Source of the DNA: Octopus sinensis
Taxonomy: Eukaryota
Reading direction: 5' to 3'
Assembly (NCBI RefSeq): GCF_006345805.1
Contig: NC_043010.1
Coordinates: 19,902,001-19,966,000, forward strand
Length of the DNA stretch: 64,000 nt
The position numbers were made by a program, and so were the translations under genes. Within the stretch, counting starts at the first letter, position 1. Each line of letters begins with the position of its first letter. Under the pieces are notes generated by a model. That model made no database searches, was not told the origin of the DNA, and saw only the letters and a program-made list of their open reading frames with translations. Below, one piece after another: positions 39,551 to 50,545 of the stretch.

Positions 39551-40312
39551 GTGTATGAGGCTCACTGGCAGAACCAAACCTTTGTTATGAACAAAGCTAC
39601 CAAAGACAACAAATATTGGTCTGATTTTCACCATGGTTTGACCATGATTACAGCATTCCAGACTCACCCTCATATAATCCAACTGGTTGGCCATTGTAAC
39701 AAAAGATATTTAACAGAGTTCCATCCACTGATGTCTGCTGACCATCTCTTTGATCATCTTAAATCCAAAGAACACACACTACATGATACCATTGAACTGC
39801 GTTACCAACTGTGCATGGATTATGTAAATATCCTCGCCTATCTTCACTCCAGTCCACGTGGCACACGAGTGATGTGTGATTCCAATGATCTGACCAAAAC
39901 CCTCAGTCAATTCTTGCTGCGTTCTGACCTCCGACTGATCCTTAATGACCTTGATGCTCTACCTGAAGTGAATCGCTCAAAGAATCAGTTCATCAAGTGT
40001 GGTCACCGAGAAATTGGTGGAGAGTTTGTTGCTCCTGAGCAGTTGTGGCCTTATCTGGAAAGGCCGTTTGTTGACGCTGACATGCCATCGTATGATGAGA
40101 AATCTGATATTTGGAAGATACCCAGTGTGTGTAGTTATGTGTTGGGGTCATCTTCAGATGCTGTGTTACTGAAGTTGCACCTGTTGCATATACACAGCAG
40201 GTGTCAGTATGAGGAACCAGAACTGCGTCCGACAGCCAAGGAGGTGGCAGAAGAATATGAAAGAATTTGGAAGGTATTTACATCAAGGAAGGGGCAGAGA
40301 TCTGAACTGTAA
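39551..40312 (+). CDS. POMK: Protein O-mannose kinase (SGK196), coding exon 2
   Basis: CTCCAG acceptor. Diagnostic motifs TEFHPL, LAYLHSSPRGTRVMCDSNDLTKTLSQFL, NDLDALP, KCGHRE, FVAPEQLWP, YDEKSDIWKIP. Spliced protein 343 aa. Confidence 0.95.
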   Translation: MYEAHWQNQTFVMNKATKDNKYWSDFHHGLTMITAFQTHPHIIQLVGHCNKRYLTEFHPLMSADHLFDHLKSKEHTLHDTIELRYQLCMDYVNILAYLHSSPRGTRVMCDSNDLTKTLSQFLLRSDLRLILNDLDALPEVNRSKNQFIKCGHREIGGEFVAPEQLWPYLERPFVDADMPSYDEKSDIWKIPSVCSYVLGSSSDAVLLKLHLLHIHSRCQYEEPELRPTAKEVAEEYERIWKVFTSRKGQRSEL

Positions 40313-42560
40313 CTATTTTCTTGAGGGCAATCCAATCTATATATAGTTGCTCAGTCAGCTAGAAATAACAGCCAAACCTCTCTCAAATTACACACTATCA
40401 TCTTGGAAGGCTGCATTGGATGATTAGTCTAATTAAAGAAAGCGATGGAATGGTCACAGCTGGAACATCTTTCATCATAGGTCTGCTGGATTATAGCTGA
40501 CCTTGGCTAAACATTTGTCACCACCAAAATATTTATTCACACGTGCACACACGTTTATGTATGTGCGCTTATGTATGCCCAAACAAGTCTAAACATACAT
40601 ACACACACACATCATTTTAACGTCTGCTTTTCCAGAATTGCATGGATTGGACAAAACTTGAAACAGAATTTTTAACAACTGGATGCTTTTCCTGGTGCCA
40701 ACCTTCACCTGCTTCCAAGTAAAGTAATAATCCCTCGATCTATCGAACAATTAATAACCTGGACATGTTTTCATGGAGTACTGCAAACAAATGACACCAG
40801 TTTGAACAGGCAAGGCTTTTGTTTACAATTGGTGCTGATATCAGGACAATGGAGAATGTTAACTGTCATATACACATCATATATATATATATATATATCA
40901 CCATGACTGACCAGGCTATCAGATGTTGCTACACATCGCTGGTCACAATGCGCTTCGCATTGTTTTAGCCTTCAAATGACGCCATCCCACTGGCTAAGCA
41001 AGCAGGCCAACAGAAGAAAGAGTGAGAGAAAGTTGTGGTGAAAGAGTACAGCAGGGATCGCCACCACCCCCTGCTGGAGCCTTGTGGAGCTTTAGGTGTT
41101 TCGCTCAATAAACACTCACAACGCCTGGTCTGGAAATCAAAACTGCGAGTCCACTGCCCTAACCACTGGGCCGTTGCGCCTCCACACACACACACATAAC
41201 GGACTTCTTCCATTTCCTGTGTAACCATTTCACTCACAAGATATTAAAGCTGTAGTTTGTAGTAGAGGACTCTTGGAACCAGACCATCACAAAGTTAACT
41301 TCTTCATCTCACATGCATCCATTGGTACATAAATCATTAGCAGCAAGAAATGCATTTAGCTGAAAAGAAAAAAAACTTGCCTCCAAACACCTCCCTGTTC
41401 AACTCATAGAAAAAGAGAACCTTAAATGAACAAATGGGTAATATATATATATATATATAAAATATCTGCTTGTAAACCCATGTTTGAGAACATAATGGTG
41501 GAAGATGTCTTTTCTGTATTTTGTGACTTTTACCTGCTTTGGACTTCTTCTTCCATTGTCGACACCAAATATTATTGGTGTGAAAGAGGTAATCCCTTTG
41601 CTTTACATTTACATTTTTTTTTTTTCCCCCTTTTCTTTTCACTTCATACTTCAGCTGTTGCCATCTCTTGTTTGCAGATGTTATCTCTATAGTATTGGCA
41701 TTTGTTTGCATGTGAATTTCTTAACCACCATCTAGCTTTTTTTTTTTTTTTTTTTAATGGTCTTGAAGCTGTATGTGGATTTATCAATTGCAGTAAAGTC
41801 TGCAATTTAACATAATGTCTTATGTTAAATGAATTCAAGGTGGATAATAATTAAAGAATTCAGAGGCAGGTTGCAATAGAGCACAAGGAAATGTTTATTA
41901 CAGCTGATAAAAATTTGATAAAGCAAACTGGTAAGACACTTCAATTGTTAAAATATCTTGATTTAAATGTTCATCAAAATGTTGATATAAAGGTTAGAGA
42001 AAAACCTTAAATATAGCATCACAATAATGCTGGTAGGATGCTGGGTAGTTAAAAGTAAAATGCTACTTTGTGGGCAGCTAAAGTTCAAGAGCACTCATGA
42101 AGTACCAGCATTAACAAAGCACTAGGGTCAGTTCAACTGAAAATTCAAGGCAGTGTCCCAGCATGGCCACAGTTTATTGACTGAATCAAGTAAATAAGAA
42201 AAAATAAAATGGGAATTTCATAACCCTTTGTCTAAATTACACATTCCCCTTAATATTTTGTATATAAATATATATATAAAAGAACATTATTGTTCATAAG
42301 AATGTTAGTGGCCTCAAGCATAAAGCCATATGTTTTTGTTTTTTTTTTAATGCATTATATAAAGCTGATGGTAGTTAAATTATACAACCCTTAAACAAGT
42401 GCTCAATTTTATTTAAAGGCCTCACAACTGTTGAAATATAATTCCTAATGAATAATCAACCTTTTTTTTTTTTTTTTTTTTATTAAACTCTGGCAGTGGT
42501 CTGAAATAGAAGTTGGATAGTGGGGAGCATTTTGTGTAAAAATAATTTTTGAAAATGTGC

Positions 42561-42748
42561 ATTGATAATCCTGTCCAACTTGGTGGGCAGGATGTTGTAG
42601 AGATAGACAAATCAAAGTTTATGCATCACGAATATCACAGGTCATTATAAGCCAAGCCACTGGGTTCTTGGAATAGTGGAGTGCAGGATGTTAAGATGTG
42701 TGTTAGTTCCTGTCCCAGACCGAAGCGCAGCGACACTGCTGCTGCCAG
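42561..42748 (+). pseudogene. Merlin (IS1016/ISXO2-like) transposase fragment
   Basis: Frameshifted translation NPVQLGGQDVVEIDKSKF..YHR / GH...HWVLGIVE...CVLVPVPDRSAATLL matches the Merlin VEIDE...W(V)xG...VPDRSxxTL motif series. Confidence 0.7.
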
Positions 42749-43522
42749 GGACGAAGATTATAACCATTTGCTGGTTATAATCTTCTCCATCAACACTAAA
42801 TTTTAGTCATTTCTACACAGTACTCCAATGTGAAAACCATTTCATTAGCGGGGAAAATTAAATAATTTTTGAAACACACAGCAGAAATTTACCCTGATTT
42901 AAGCAAGTATATAAACATTACAATACCAGCTTAAATCAGTATGGAGTGATTTATTTCCATGGACTGAAAAAATTTTTTTTAATGGTTTCTCCCATTGCAT
43001 AGTGCAAAAAAGAAAAAAACTTGAAAAATCAGTTGAGCGCCAGGATGGAGGGGTGAAAAAGATTTTTAAAAATCTTTTTTTATCATAAAAAGCTTCCCCC
43101 ATGTATGTGGTGAGAAAAAAAAATTTTGAAAATCCAACTTACGTGGGTAACTTATTTCAGACCTCTGCCAAAACCTCTTCCTATATGCTATATGATGTTA
43201 TATTTTTGTTTCACAATTGTAGTATATACTTTAGTTAGGTGGTGTAATGTCCCTGTCTCTCATAGAAATAGCAGAACACTTTTATATTATACTTTTGCTG
43301 TGTCTGGCACCCCCCTCCTTCATTTTTATAGGTTCTGTACACTAAACATTTGATCTAGTTTTATGAAAAGCACTTCATTTGGGTTAAAATAGTCTTTATT
43401 ATTGAATGTTGACTGATAAGTGAGTTCTCTTGAAAATCCTAAAAATAAATGTATATATAAAACACTCCCTCCCAGCATGCACATAAATTGGGTAGTTTTG
43501 AAGATGTTTCAAATTGTTTTAA

Positions 43523-43741
43523 CCCTTTAGTGTTCAGATTATTCAATCAAACATAATGCTTATTGATTCCCATTGATTTGAATTAATCATGCATTATCTC
43601 ATATCTTTAAGATCTTGATGGTGTAATTACTTAATGTAGAATAACATTGTAGGGTAGGTGTGAGAGCCTGGATCTGGTCAGTTTGAACATAAAACAGATT
43701 AAATATTTCGGCCGGATATGGCCGGTTTAAATACTAAAGGG
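43523..43741. mobile_element. piggyBac-type MITE with TTAA TSD
   Basis: TTAA-CCCTTTAG...CTAAAGGG-TTAA; same family as 14619-14834 and partial copies at about 20712-20800 and 24150-24270. Confidence 0.75.
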
Positions 43742-44079
43742 TTAAGGGGCCATAGTTTATCTATACTTAATGGGTTTTTTTATCCATAAATTTGTTCGGT
43801 AGAGTTCTGATGTAAGCATGTACTAAAACCCCTCAAAACTTTATTTTTATGAATTTTCACAATTTTTTTCGATTCTGGATAAAGGAATTAATACAATTAT
43901 GCAATGAAAAATTATTTTTTTTTAAAGTTGTTACAGATTATTAAACAAGTTAAACAGGTTGGGAAGAATTGCAGAAAGATTAAATATTTTATATAGTTAA
44001 TTTCTATACATTCATACGTATATTATTTTTCTAGCTAATTCTTAGGCTTAAACAATGAAACACGACAACCAAAATAGGT

Positions 44080-44380
44080 GTCGGACTTTTAAAGAGTATT
44101 TCTCATGGTAACAACCATTCCTCTGGATTTGAGTGACGTGGATTCATTTAGACAACCACAGACACTAAAGTTTTCTCCCAAATCTAGGGTTTTTGTAACT
44201 GCTCATCTTGACTTTTAAGAATTGAAATTGCATAAAAATATTCTTTAATTTTCAGAATTCCTATATGAGCAGTTATTTCAACCAATGGGAAATCTACAAT
44301 CATATTTCCTCGGTTACACGACATTACGTCATATTGCCGGCTGTTATGAATTGGCTTGTAGTGACGTGCGCAACTTCTCC
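44080..44380. promoter_or_regulatory. Cluster of promoter-like motifs with no assigned gene
   Basis: X-box-like TTTCTCATGGTAAC at 44099, three TGACGT cores (about 44134, 44325 on the minus strand, 44362) and CCAAT at 44282. Motif presence only. Confidence 0.3.
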
Positions 44381-44384
44381 AAAG

Positions 44385-45083
44385 CTAGTTTAAATGTTTA
44401 AAGGTGCATGGCTGTATGCACTTGTGTGCTTTGTCTCCAAATTTGGAGTGGTACCAACACAGTCCGGACTTTGACTGTGAGGAACAACTACGACTACGCG
44501 ATCTTGAGAAACGCTTGTCATCGCGTCCATCCTTTTGGTAAGAATTTCAATTTCTTTAGAAAAGCCATCAATTGAGTCTGCAGAAGATACCTCGGAGCAG
44601 ACGCAAGCAGCATGTGACAATGGCTGCACGGAGAATTCAACAATTTTAGCAGCCATGGTGGCTATTTGGTCCACAGTATTTGATTCAAATGTTGTGGCCA
44701 AAATTGTTTGTATATTGGAAGGCAACCTTGAAAAAAATATCTTCCGAAGTAGAGGAGCGTCAGAGGATTTACCGCTTAACTCTCTCAAACGGCCCAAAAA
44801 TTGTGACGGTGTTCTATCCCCCAACTCCTCATCTGCCATTAGCTCATTAAATCTACTTTCCTCACTTCTTGTATTTCTACGTAAAATTTCTGCCTTCACA
44901 GGCATCTGGACTAGGATCTGTAACGAGATCTCTAGCAGTAATTGCGAGTTGCGGAAGCATGCAGCTATAAAGAAGTTGCAATTGTTTCTCAGAAGAAATA
45001 CTACGAGCTGAAAAATGTGCCTCTAGTTGCGCAAGCCAAAGTGTTGCATCTCCAGTGAAAACAGGTAACGATGCAAAAGACAT
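44385..45083 (-). pseudogene. Gypsy LTR-retrotransposon gag relic
   Basis: Frameshifted MSFASLPVFTGDATLWLAQLEAHF...EELGDRTPSQFLGRLREL...FFSRLPSNIQTILA, ending CWYHSKFGDKAHKCIQPCTF. Probable leader/LTR at 45084-45518; no pol. Confidence 0.85.
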
Positions 45084-45518
45084 TTTGTTTCTATTTTACT
45101 AGATGATCCTGTCAAAGGAAGGGAAAAAACGAATGAAAGTAGAAACCGACGAAAGAGGAACAAAACTGAATTGAAATTAAAAAAGAAGAAAAACCAGCAA
45201 TTGAACCAACAAATGTTTCTATGTGAGTGCTAGCAGAGTTGAGTGTGTGAGTGCATGCGACAAGTGTTTGTGTCTGTGTGTTCTTGTGTGTGACATACAA
45301 ATAAGGTGAATGCGTATAACACAGAAATACAGAGCATAAATGAAAGTCTCAGCTTAGAGTTAAAGATGGAATTTGGATTACCAGTTCATAAGTTACACGA
45401 TATGCAAGAGTTCTATAGCAAGATGTTGTGTCTCGAGGTGGAAACTTTTTTGGGCGAATATGTCGTGCTGCGGTTGTAGCCTCAACTTCCTCCTCTTTGT
45501 TCTCTGGCTATCGTGCAT

Positions 45519-47894
45519 TTCCAGACGTTTGAAATAATCCGACTGCCCTGCTCCTGTCGGAGCGTAGGCAGCCAGCAGTCTGAAAGCACCGCCGTCACTA
45601 CCGTCCACGTCGAGAACCACCAACTTACCTTCCGGATCCAAGAAGACTGTCCTTATTTTCAAGTCCAGGCCCTTCCGAAACAACACCGCAGTACCACCAC
45701 CGCCCGCTCCCGGCCGACACGGAGATAGAAATATCTCGTATCCGCCGAAAAGGGCTGCGAGTTCCTGCGGGTCGGAGAGCCTGGTTTCACTGATGGCTGC
45801 TACATCCACATCATGAAACCTCAGGTCGTTTAACAGGTGACCCTGTTTCCAAGGTGACCCGAGGCCTCTCACATTCAAGCAACCGATTCTAAGATTTGCC
45901 ATGTTTCAAAAGTTAGGGGAAAAAAAGGAGAAGAAAAAGGCTCTACTTACTGTTGTTGGTGGTGGGGGTGGCTCCCTTGTGCTTTTGCACGGGTGCTTCC
46001 AAAATATTTTTATACAGTTTCTTCGAGAAACTTTTCCCTAACGATCCCACATCGTTAGGGAATATTTGTTTTATTTCGTTGTATGTTTTTGTGTTTATTT
46101 TTATTGTGAGAATGTGTGCTGGTGGTGTGTTTTGTGTTGGTATAACAAAATCTGTTATACTTGTACTGGTTGTGTTTTTCAAATACTCAACCAGTTCCTG
46201 GTTTTTTGTATTCACTGCTGTAATTGTGTCTGTGTGGGTTTGTGTCTGTGGCAGTGGCAATGGCAGTAGTGGTGTCGAAAGTGTTGTTGTTGTTTGTTGT
46301 TGTAAATGTGTGTTGATGTTGTTGATGTTTGGAAGCACTATTTGTTCGTGCTTCCCCTGTATATCTTTTTGTTTTTTCCTCCTTTTCTTTTTTGGAGGCA
46401 CCGTGTTCCACTCTCCTTTGTTGGAATCAGAGCTTGCACAATCCGAGTACTCTTCATCCGGCAAAGGAATAGATGAGGGGTCTGCTTCAGCAGCAGGACG
46501 AAAAGTTATTGCTTCCGCCGGTATCGGTGGTGCCGCTGCTCCTGTTGCTGTTGATGTTGCTGCTGTCGACCTTCTAGGTACTGGTGTTGGTTTGGTGGTG
46601 GTTGTTGTTGTAGGAGGTGGTGTTGTTCGTCTTGGTGCTGGTGTTGGTGGTGTGGCAGCTTTTGGTGTTTCGTGTTGTTGTTGTCTCTTGCTGTACTCCT
46701 CCATTCTCTTTTTTTGAATGGGGCAGTCCCTCTTCAGGTGGCTTTCGCTACTGCAGAGGAAACATTTTGGCTTTCGCCCCTCTACAGTAACATTTAGCCT
46801 GGTCCCATCTAGTAAGATGACAAAGTCAGGTATGGCATTGATGTTTTCCTGCTGGATCTGTACCAGCAGTTCAATACCCATACCTGACCAGTTCTTTTCT
46901 CGTACCCTCCGAACATTTAGAATAGTGGCAGTGTCCTCTATGCCATAGAGGATAGCCGCCACTAGCCATGAGATATTCAGTTCGGGGGGTATTGTATTTA
47001 TTGTTATTTTTTGGACCTTACGCCCGAGGTACATCGGAACGAGGAACAAATGTTCATTTTGCAAGGGCGAAATGGCATGCGCCCTTGCTTGCTCCTCTGT
47101 TGGGAAGCGAACCTCCATGGTTCCAAATCGCTTCCCTCTTGTCACATAGCTCTTTTGGCCCCAAATGGGCTTCAGAGCCATTTCTAACTGTTGGGGTGCG
47201 GCGTTAACCAATCTTTTGGTTTTCTTTTCGAAAACTTTATAGAATATTGTTTTTTTGAGGAAAACACTGTTTCCCTCTTTTCTCAACAAATCTTTTGCCA
47301 TTTTTAGATCCTCCATCGTAATTTGTATATCTTCCGAAATCTGCTTCGCAGCTGAAGCAAAGCCTTTGGAATTTTCTTCAATTTTTGTTTCTTTCTTTAT
47401 TTGTCTCTTATTCATATTATTCCCTTCCTCCCCCTTCGGTACTATAACATTAGTTGAAGGTAGAGGGGGGAAATCTAAAATGACGTTGCAAGAGACGCCG
47501 TCTTTTTTGTTCTTATTTAGAACGTTTTGCTTTTCAGCACGTTCCATTGTAATGTTTACTTCGCCTTTTACGGCTTGAAATGGGCGGTTCGTAACCTCTG
47601 ACGAAATTTTTTCTTCTTGTGGAGGGGGTGGTGTTGCAAGGAGGAAAGAGCCAGCAGCTCTTTTTAAAGCCATTTTGGAAATGTGTGTGTGCAAAATAAT
47701 CTAAATGTCAACAATATAAACATCAATTTCACCCCCAATGGGGCAAAATTTTGCCTAACCAACCAGCTCTGCAAAGAGCTAGTCGGCTTGGCTACAAAAA
47801 TATTAAAAAATATTGACACTTATCAATAAATTTCCAATGAAATTGGTGCAAAATTCACGGAGCTTCCGGATACATGTCCATCAGCGTTGGAAGA
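45519..47894 (-). mobile_element. Tx1-like retrotransposon, array unit 1 (divergent subfamily, 3'-truncated)
   Basis: 5' UTR, intact ORF1, and the first ~128 codons of ORF2 fused to Gypsy-derived sequence at about 45519. Confidence 0.9.
45943..47673 (-). CDS. Tx1-like ORF1 (gag-like nucleic-acid-binding protein), intact, 576 aa
   Basis: Open frame from MALKRAAGS. CCHC knuckle CFLCSSESHLKRDC, Pro/Thr-rich linker, basic PPKKKRRKKQK; lies 40 nt upstream of the ORF2 ATG at 45902. Confidence 0.85.
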   Translation of the reverse strand: MALKRAAGSFLLATPPPPQEEKISSEVTNRPFQAVKGEVNITMERAEKQNVLNKNKKDGVSCNVILDFPPLPSTNVIVPKGEEGNNMNKRQIKKETKIEENSKGFASAAKQISEDIQITMEDLKMAKDLLRKEGNSVFLKKTIFYKVFEKKTKRLVNAAPQQLEMALKPIWGQKSYVTRGKRFGTMEVRFPTEEQARAHAISPLQNEHLFLVPMYLGRKVQKITINTIPPELNISWLVAAILYGIEDTATILNVRRVREKNWSGMGIELLVQIQQENINAIPDFVILLDGTRLNVTVEGRKPKCFLCSSESHLKRDCPIQKKRMEEYSKRQQQHETPKAATPPTPAPRRTTPPPTTTTTTKPTPVPRRSTAATSTATGAAAPPIPAEAITFRPAAEADPSSIPLPDEEYSDCASSDSNKGEWNTVPPKKKRRKKQKDIQGKHEQIVLPNINNINTHLQQQTTTTLSTPLLPLPLPQTQTHTDTITAVNTKNQELVEYLKNTTSTSITDFVIPTQNTPPAHILTIKINTKTYNEIKQIFPNDVGSLGKSFSKKLYKNILEAPVQKHKGATPTTNNSK

Positions 47895-47906
47895 AATAAT
47901 AATAAT

Positions 47907-50521
47907 CAATTCTTTTTTATTGGCCACAAGGGCTGACACGCATGATTACATGAAGGGACAAGACAGGACAAAAGGTTACAAAGGGTTTTGCCGTTTTTGA
48001 AAAACATCGAGTAAAAACTTTTTAACAACAATTATAATAAAACAATGAAAAACTCCCAAAAGGGGGAGACGTTTCGAAAGGTTCCTGGTGGAAAAACCCT
48101 ACAAAAGCCAACGGGAGCCTGGTCAAAAAAAGGGGGTGTAGAGAGTCCCCTTTCTTCTCCTTTTACATTACCTTTTTGAAATCACCAACTTACCTTCCGG
48201 ATCCAAGAAGACTGTCCTTATTTTCAGGTCCAGGCCCTTCCGAAACAACACCGCAGTACCACCACCGCCTGCTCCCGGCCGACATGGAGATAGAAATATC
48301 TCGTATCCACCGAAAAGGGCTGCGAGTTCCTGCGGGTCGGAGAGCCTGGTTTCACTGATGGCTGCTACATCCACATCATGAAACCTCAGGTCGTTTAACA
48401 GGTGACCCTGTTTCCAAGGTGACCCGAGGCCTCTCACATTCAAGCAACCGATTCTAAGATTTGCCATGTTTCAAAAGTTAGGGGAAAAAAAGGAGAAAAA
48501 AGGCTCTACTTACTGTTGGTGGGGGTGGCTCCCTTGTGCTTTTGCACGGGTGCTTCAACAATATTTTTATAAAGTTTCTTAGAGAAACTTTTCCCTAACG
48601 ATCCCACATCGTTAGGGAATATTTGTTTAATTTCATTGTATACTGTTTTGTTTATTTTTATTGTGAGAATGTGTGCTGGTGGTGTGTTGTGTGTAGGTAT
48701 TATGAAATCTGTAATGTTTGTGCTTGTTTTGTTTTTCAAATACTCAACCAGTTCTTGGTTTTTTGTATTTATCGCTGTAATTGTGTCTGTGTTTGTTTGT
48801 GTCTGTGGCAGTGGCAGTAGTGGTGTCGAAAGTGTTGTTGTTGTTGTTTGTTGTTGTTGATGTTGGGAAATACTATTTGTTCGTGCTTCCCCTGTAAATC
48901 TTTTTGTTTTTTCCTCCTTTTCTTCTTTGGAGGCATTATGTTCCATTCTCCTTTGTTGGAATCAGAGCTCGCACAATCCGAGATCTCTTCATCCGGCAAA
49001 GGAATGGTTGAGGGGTCTGCTTCAGTAGCAGGACGAAAGGTTTTTGGTTCCGCCGGTATCAGTGGTGCCGCTGCTCCTGTTGCTGTTGATGTTGCTGCAG
49101 TTGATCTTCGAGGTACTGGTGTCGGTGTTGGTTTGGTGGTGGTTGTCGGTGTTGGTTTGGTGGTGGTTGTTGTTGTAGGAGGTGGTGTTGTTCGTCTTGG
49201 TGCTGGTGTTGGTGGTGTGGCAGCCTTTGGTATTTCGTGCTGTTTTTGTTGTTTCTGTTGTTGTTGTTGTTGCCTCTTGCTATACTCCTCCATTCCCTTT
49301 TTTTGAATGGGGCAGTCCCTTTTCAGGTGGCTTTCGCTACTGCAGAGGAAACATTTTGGCTTTCGCCCCTCTACAGTAACATTTAGCCTGGTCCCATCCA
49401 GTAAGATGACAAAGTCAGGTATGGCATTGATGTTTTCCTGCTGGATCTGTACCAGCAGTTGAATACCCATGCCTGACCAGTTCTTTTCTCGTACCCTCCG
49501 AACATTCAGAATAGTGGCAGTGTCCTCTATGCCATAGAGGACAGCCGCCACTAGCCATGAGATTTTCTGTTCGGGGGGTATTGTGTTAATGGTTATTTTT
49601 TGTACCTTACGCCCGAGGTATGTCGGGACGAGGAACAAATGTTCATTTTGCAAGGGCGAAATGGCGTTCGCCCTTGCAAGCTCCTCTGTTGGGAAGCGAA
49701 CCTCCACGGTTCCAAAACGCTTCCCTCTTGTCACATAGCTCTTTTGGCCCCAAATGGGCTTCAGAGCTATTTCTAATTGTTGTGGTGTGGCGTTAACCAA
49801 TCTTTTGGTTTTCTTTTCGAAAACTTTATAAAAGATTGTTTTTTTTATTTGTCTCGTGTATGAGTTGTTGAGGTGTGTTAAGGAAAACACTATTTCCTTC
49901 CTTTCTCAACAAATCTTTTGCCATTTTAATGTCTTCCATTGTTATTTGTACACCTTCCGAAATTTGCTTCGCAGCAGAAGCAAAATCGTTAGAGACTTTT
50001 ACATTTTTTTGTTGGTTCCTGTCTGTGTTTGTGTCTGTAAAAGGTTTCTTTTCCTCCCCCTTCGGTACAGCATCACTTGTTGAAGGCAGAGGGGGGAAAT
50101 CAAGAGTGACGTCGAACGCGACGTCCCGACTAGCATTCTCCCTTCGAACGGTGCGCGTGCTTTCTGTTTCGGAAGGAGGAGCTCTGTTGCCTTTTACGGC
50201 CTGAAATGGGTTGTTCGTAACCCGTGACGTTATTTTTTTTTGTTCTTGTGGAGGGGGTGTTGTAAGAAGGAGGGAAGAGCCAGCAGCTCGTTTCAATGCC
50301 ATTTTGTAATGTGTGTGTGCAAAAAATGTCAATTTCAAATGGATAAACAGTAATTTCACCTCGAATGGGGCAAAATTTCGCCCAACCGACGAGCTCCGCA
50401 AGAAGCCGGTCGGTTTGGCTACAAAAATATTAAAAAATATCAAAACTTATCAATAGATTTCCAATGAAATTGGTACCAAATTCACGGAGCCTTTTCAGAC
50501 ACGTCCATCGGCGTCGGAAGG
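47907..50521 (-). mobile_element. Tx1-like unit 2: ORF1 (50302-48506, frameshifted) with ORF2 deleted internally
   Basis: ORF2 5' end (48467-48185) is joined directly to the 3' UTR through a CAC microhomology. Both termini are retained. Confidence 0.9.
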
Positions 50522-50545
50522 AATAATAATAATAATAATAATAAT

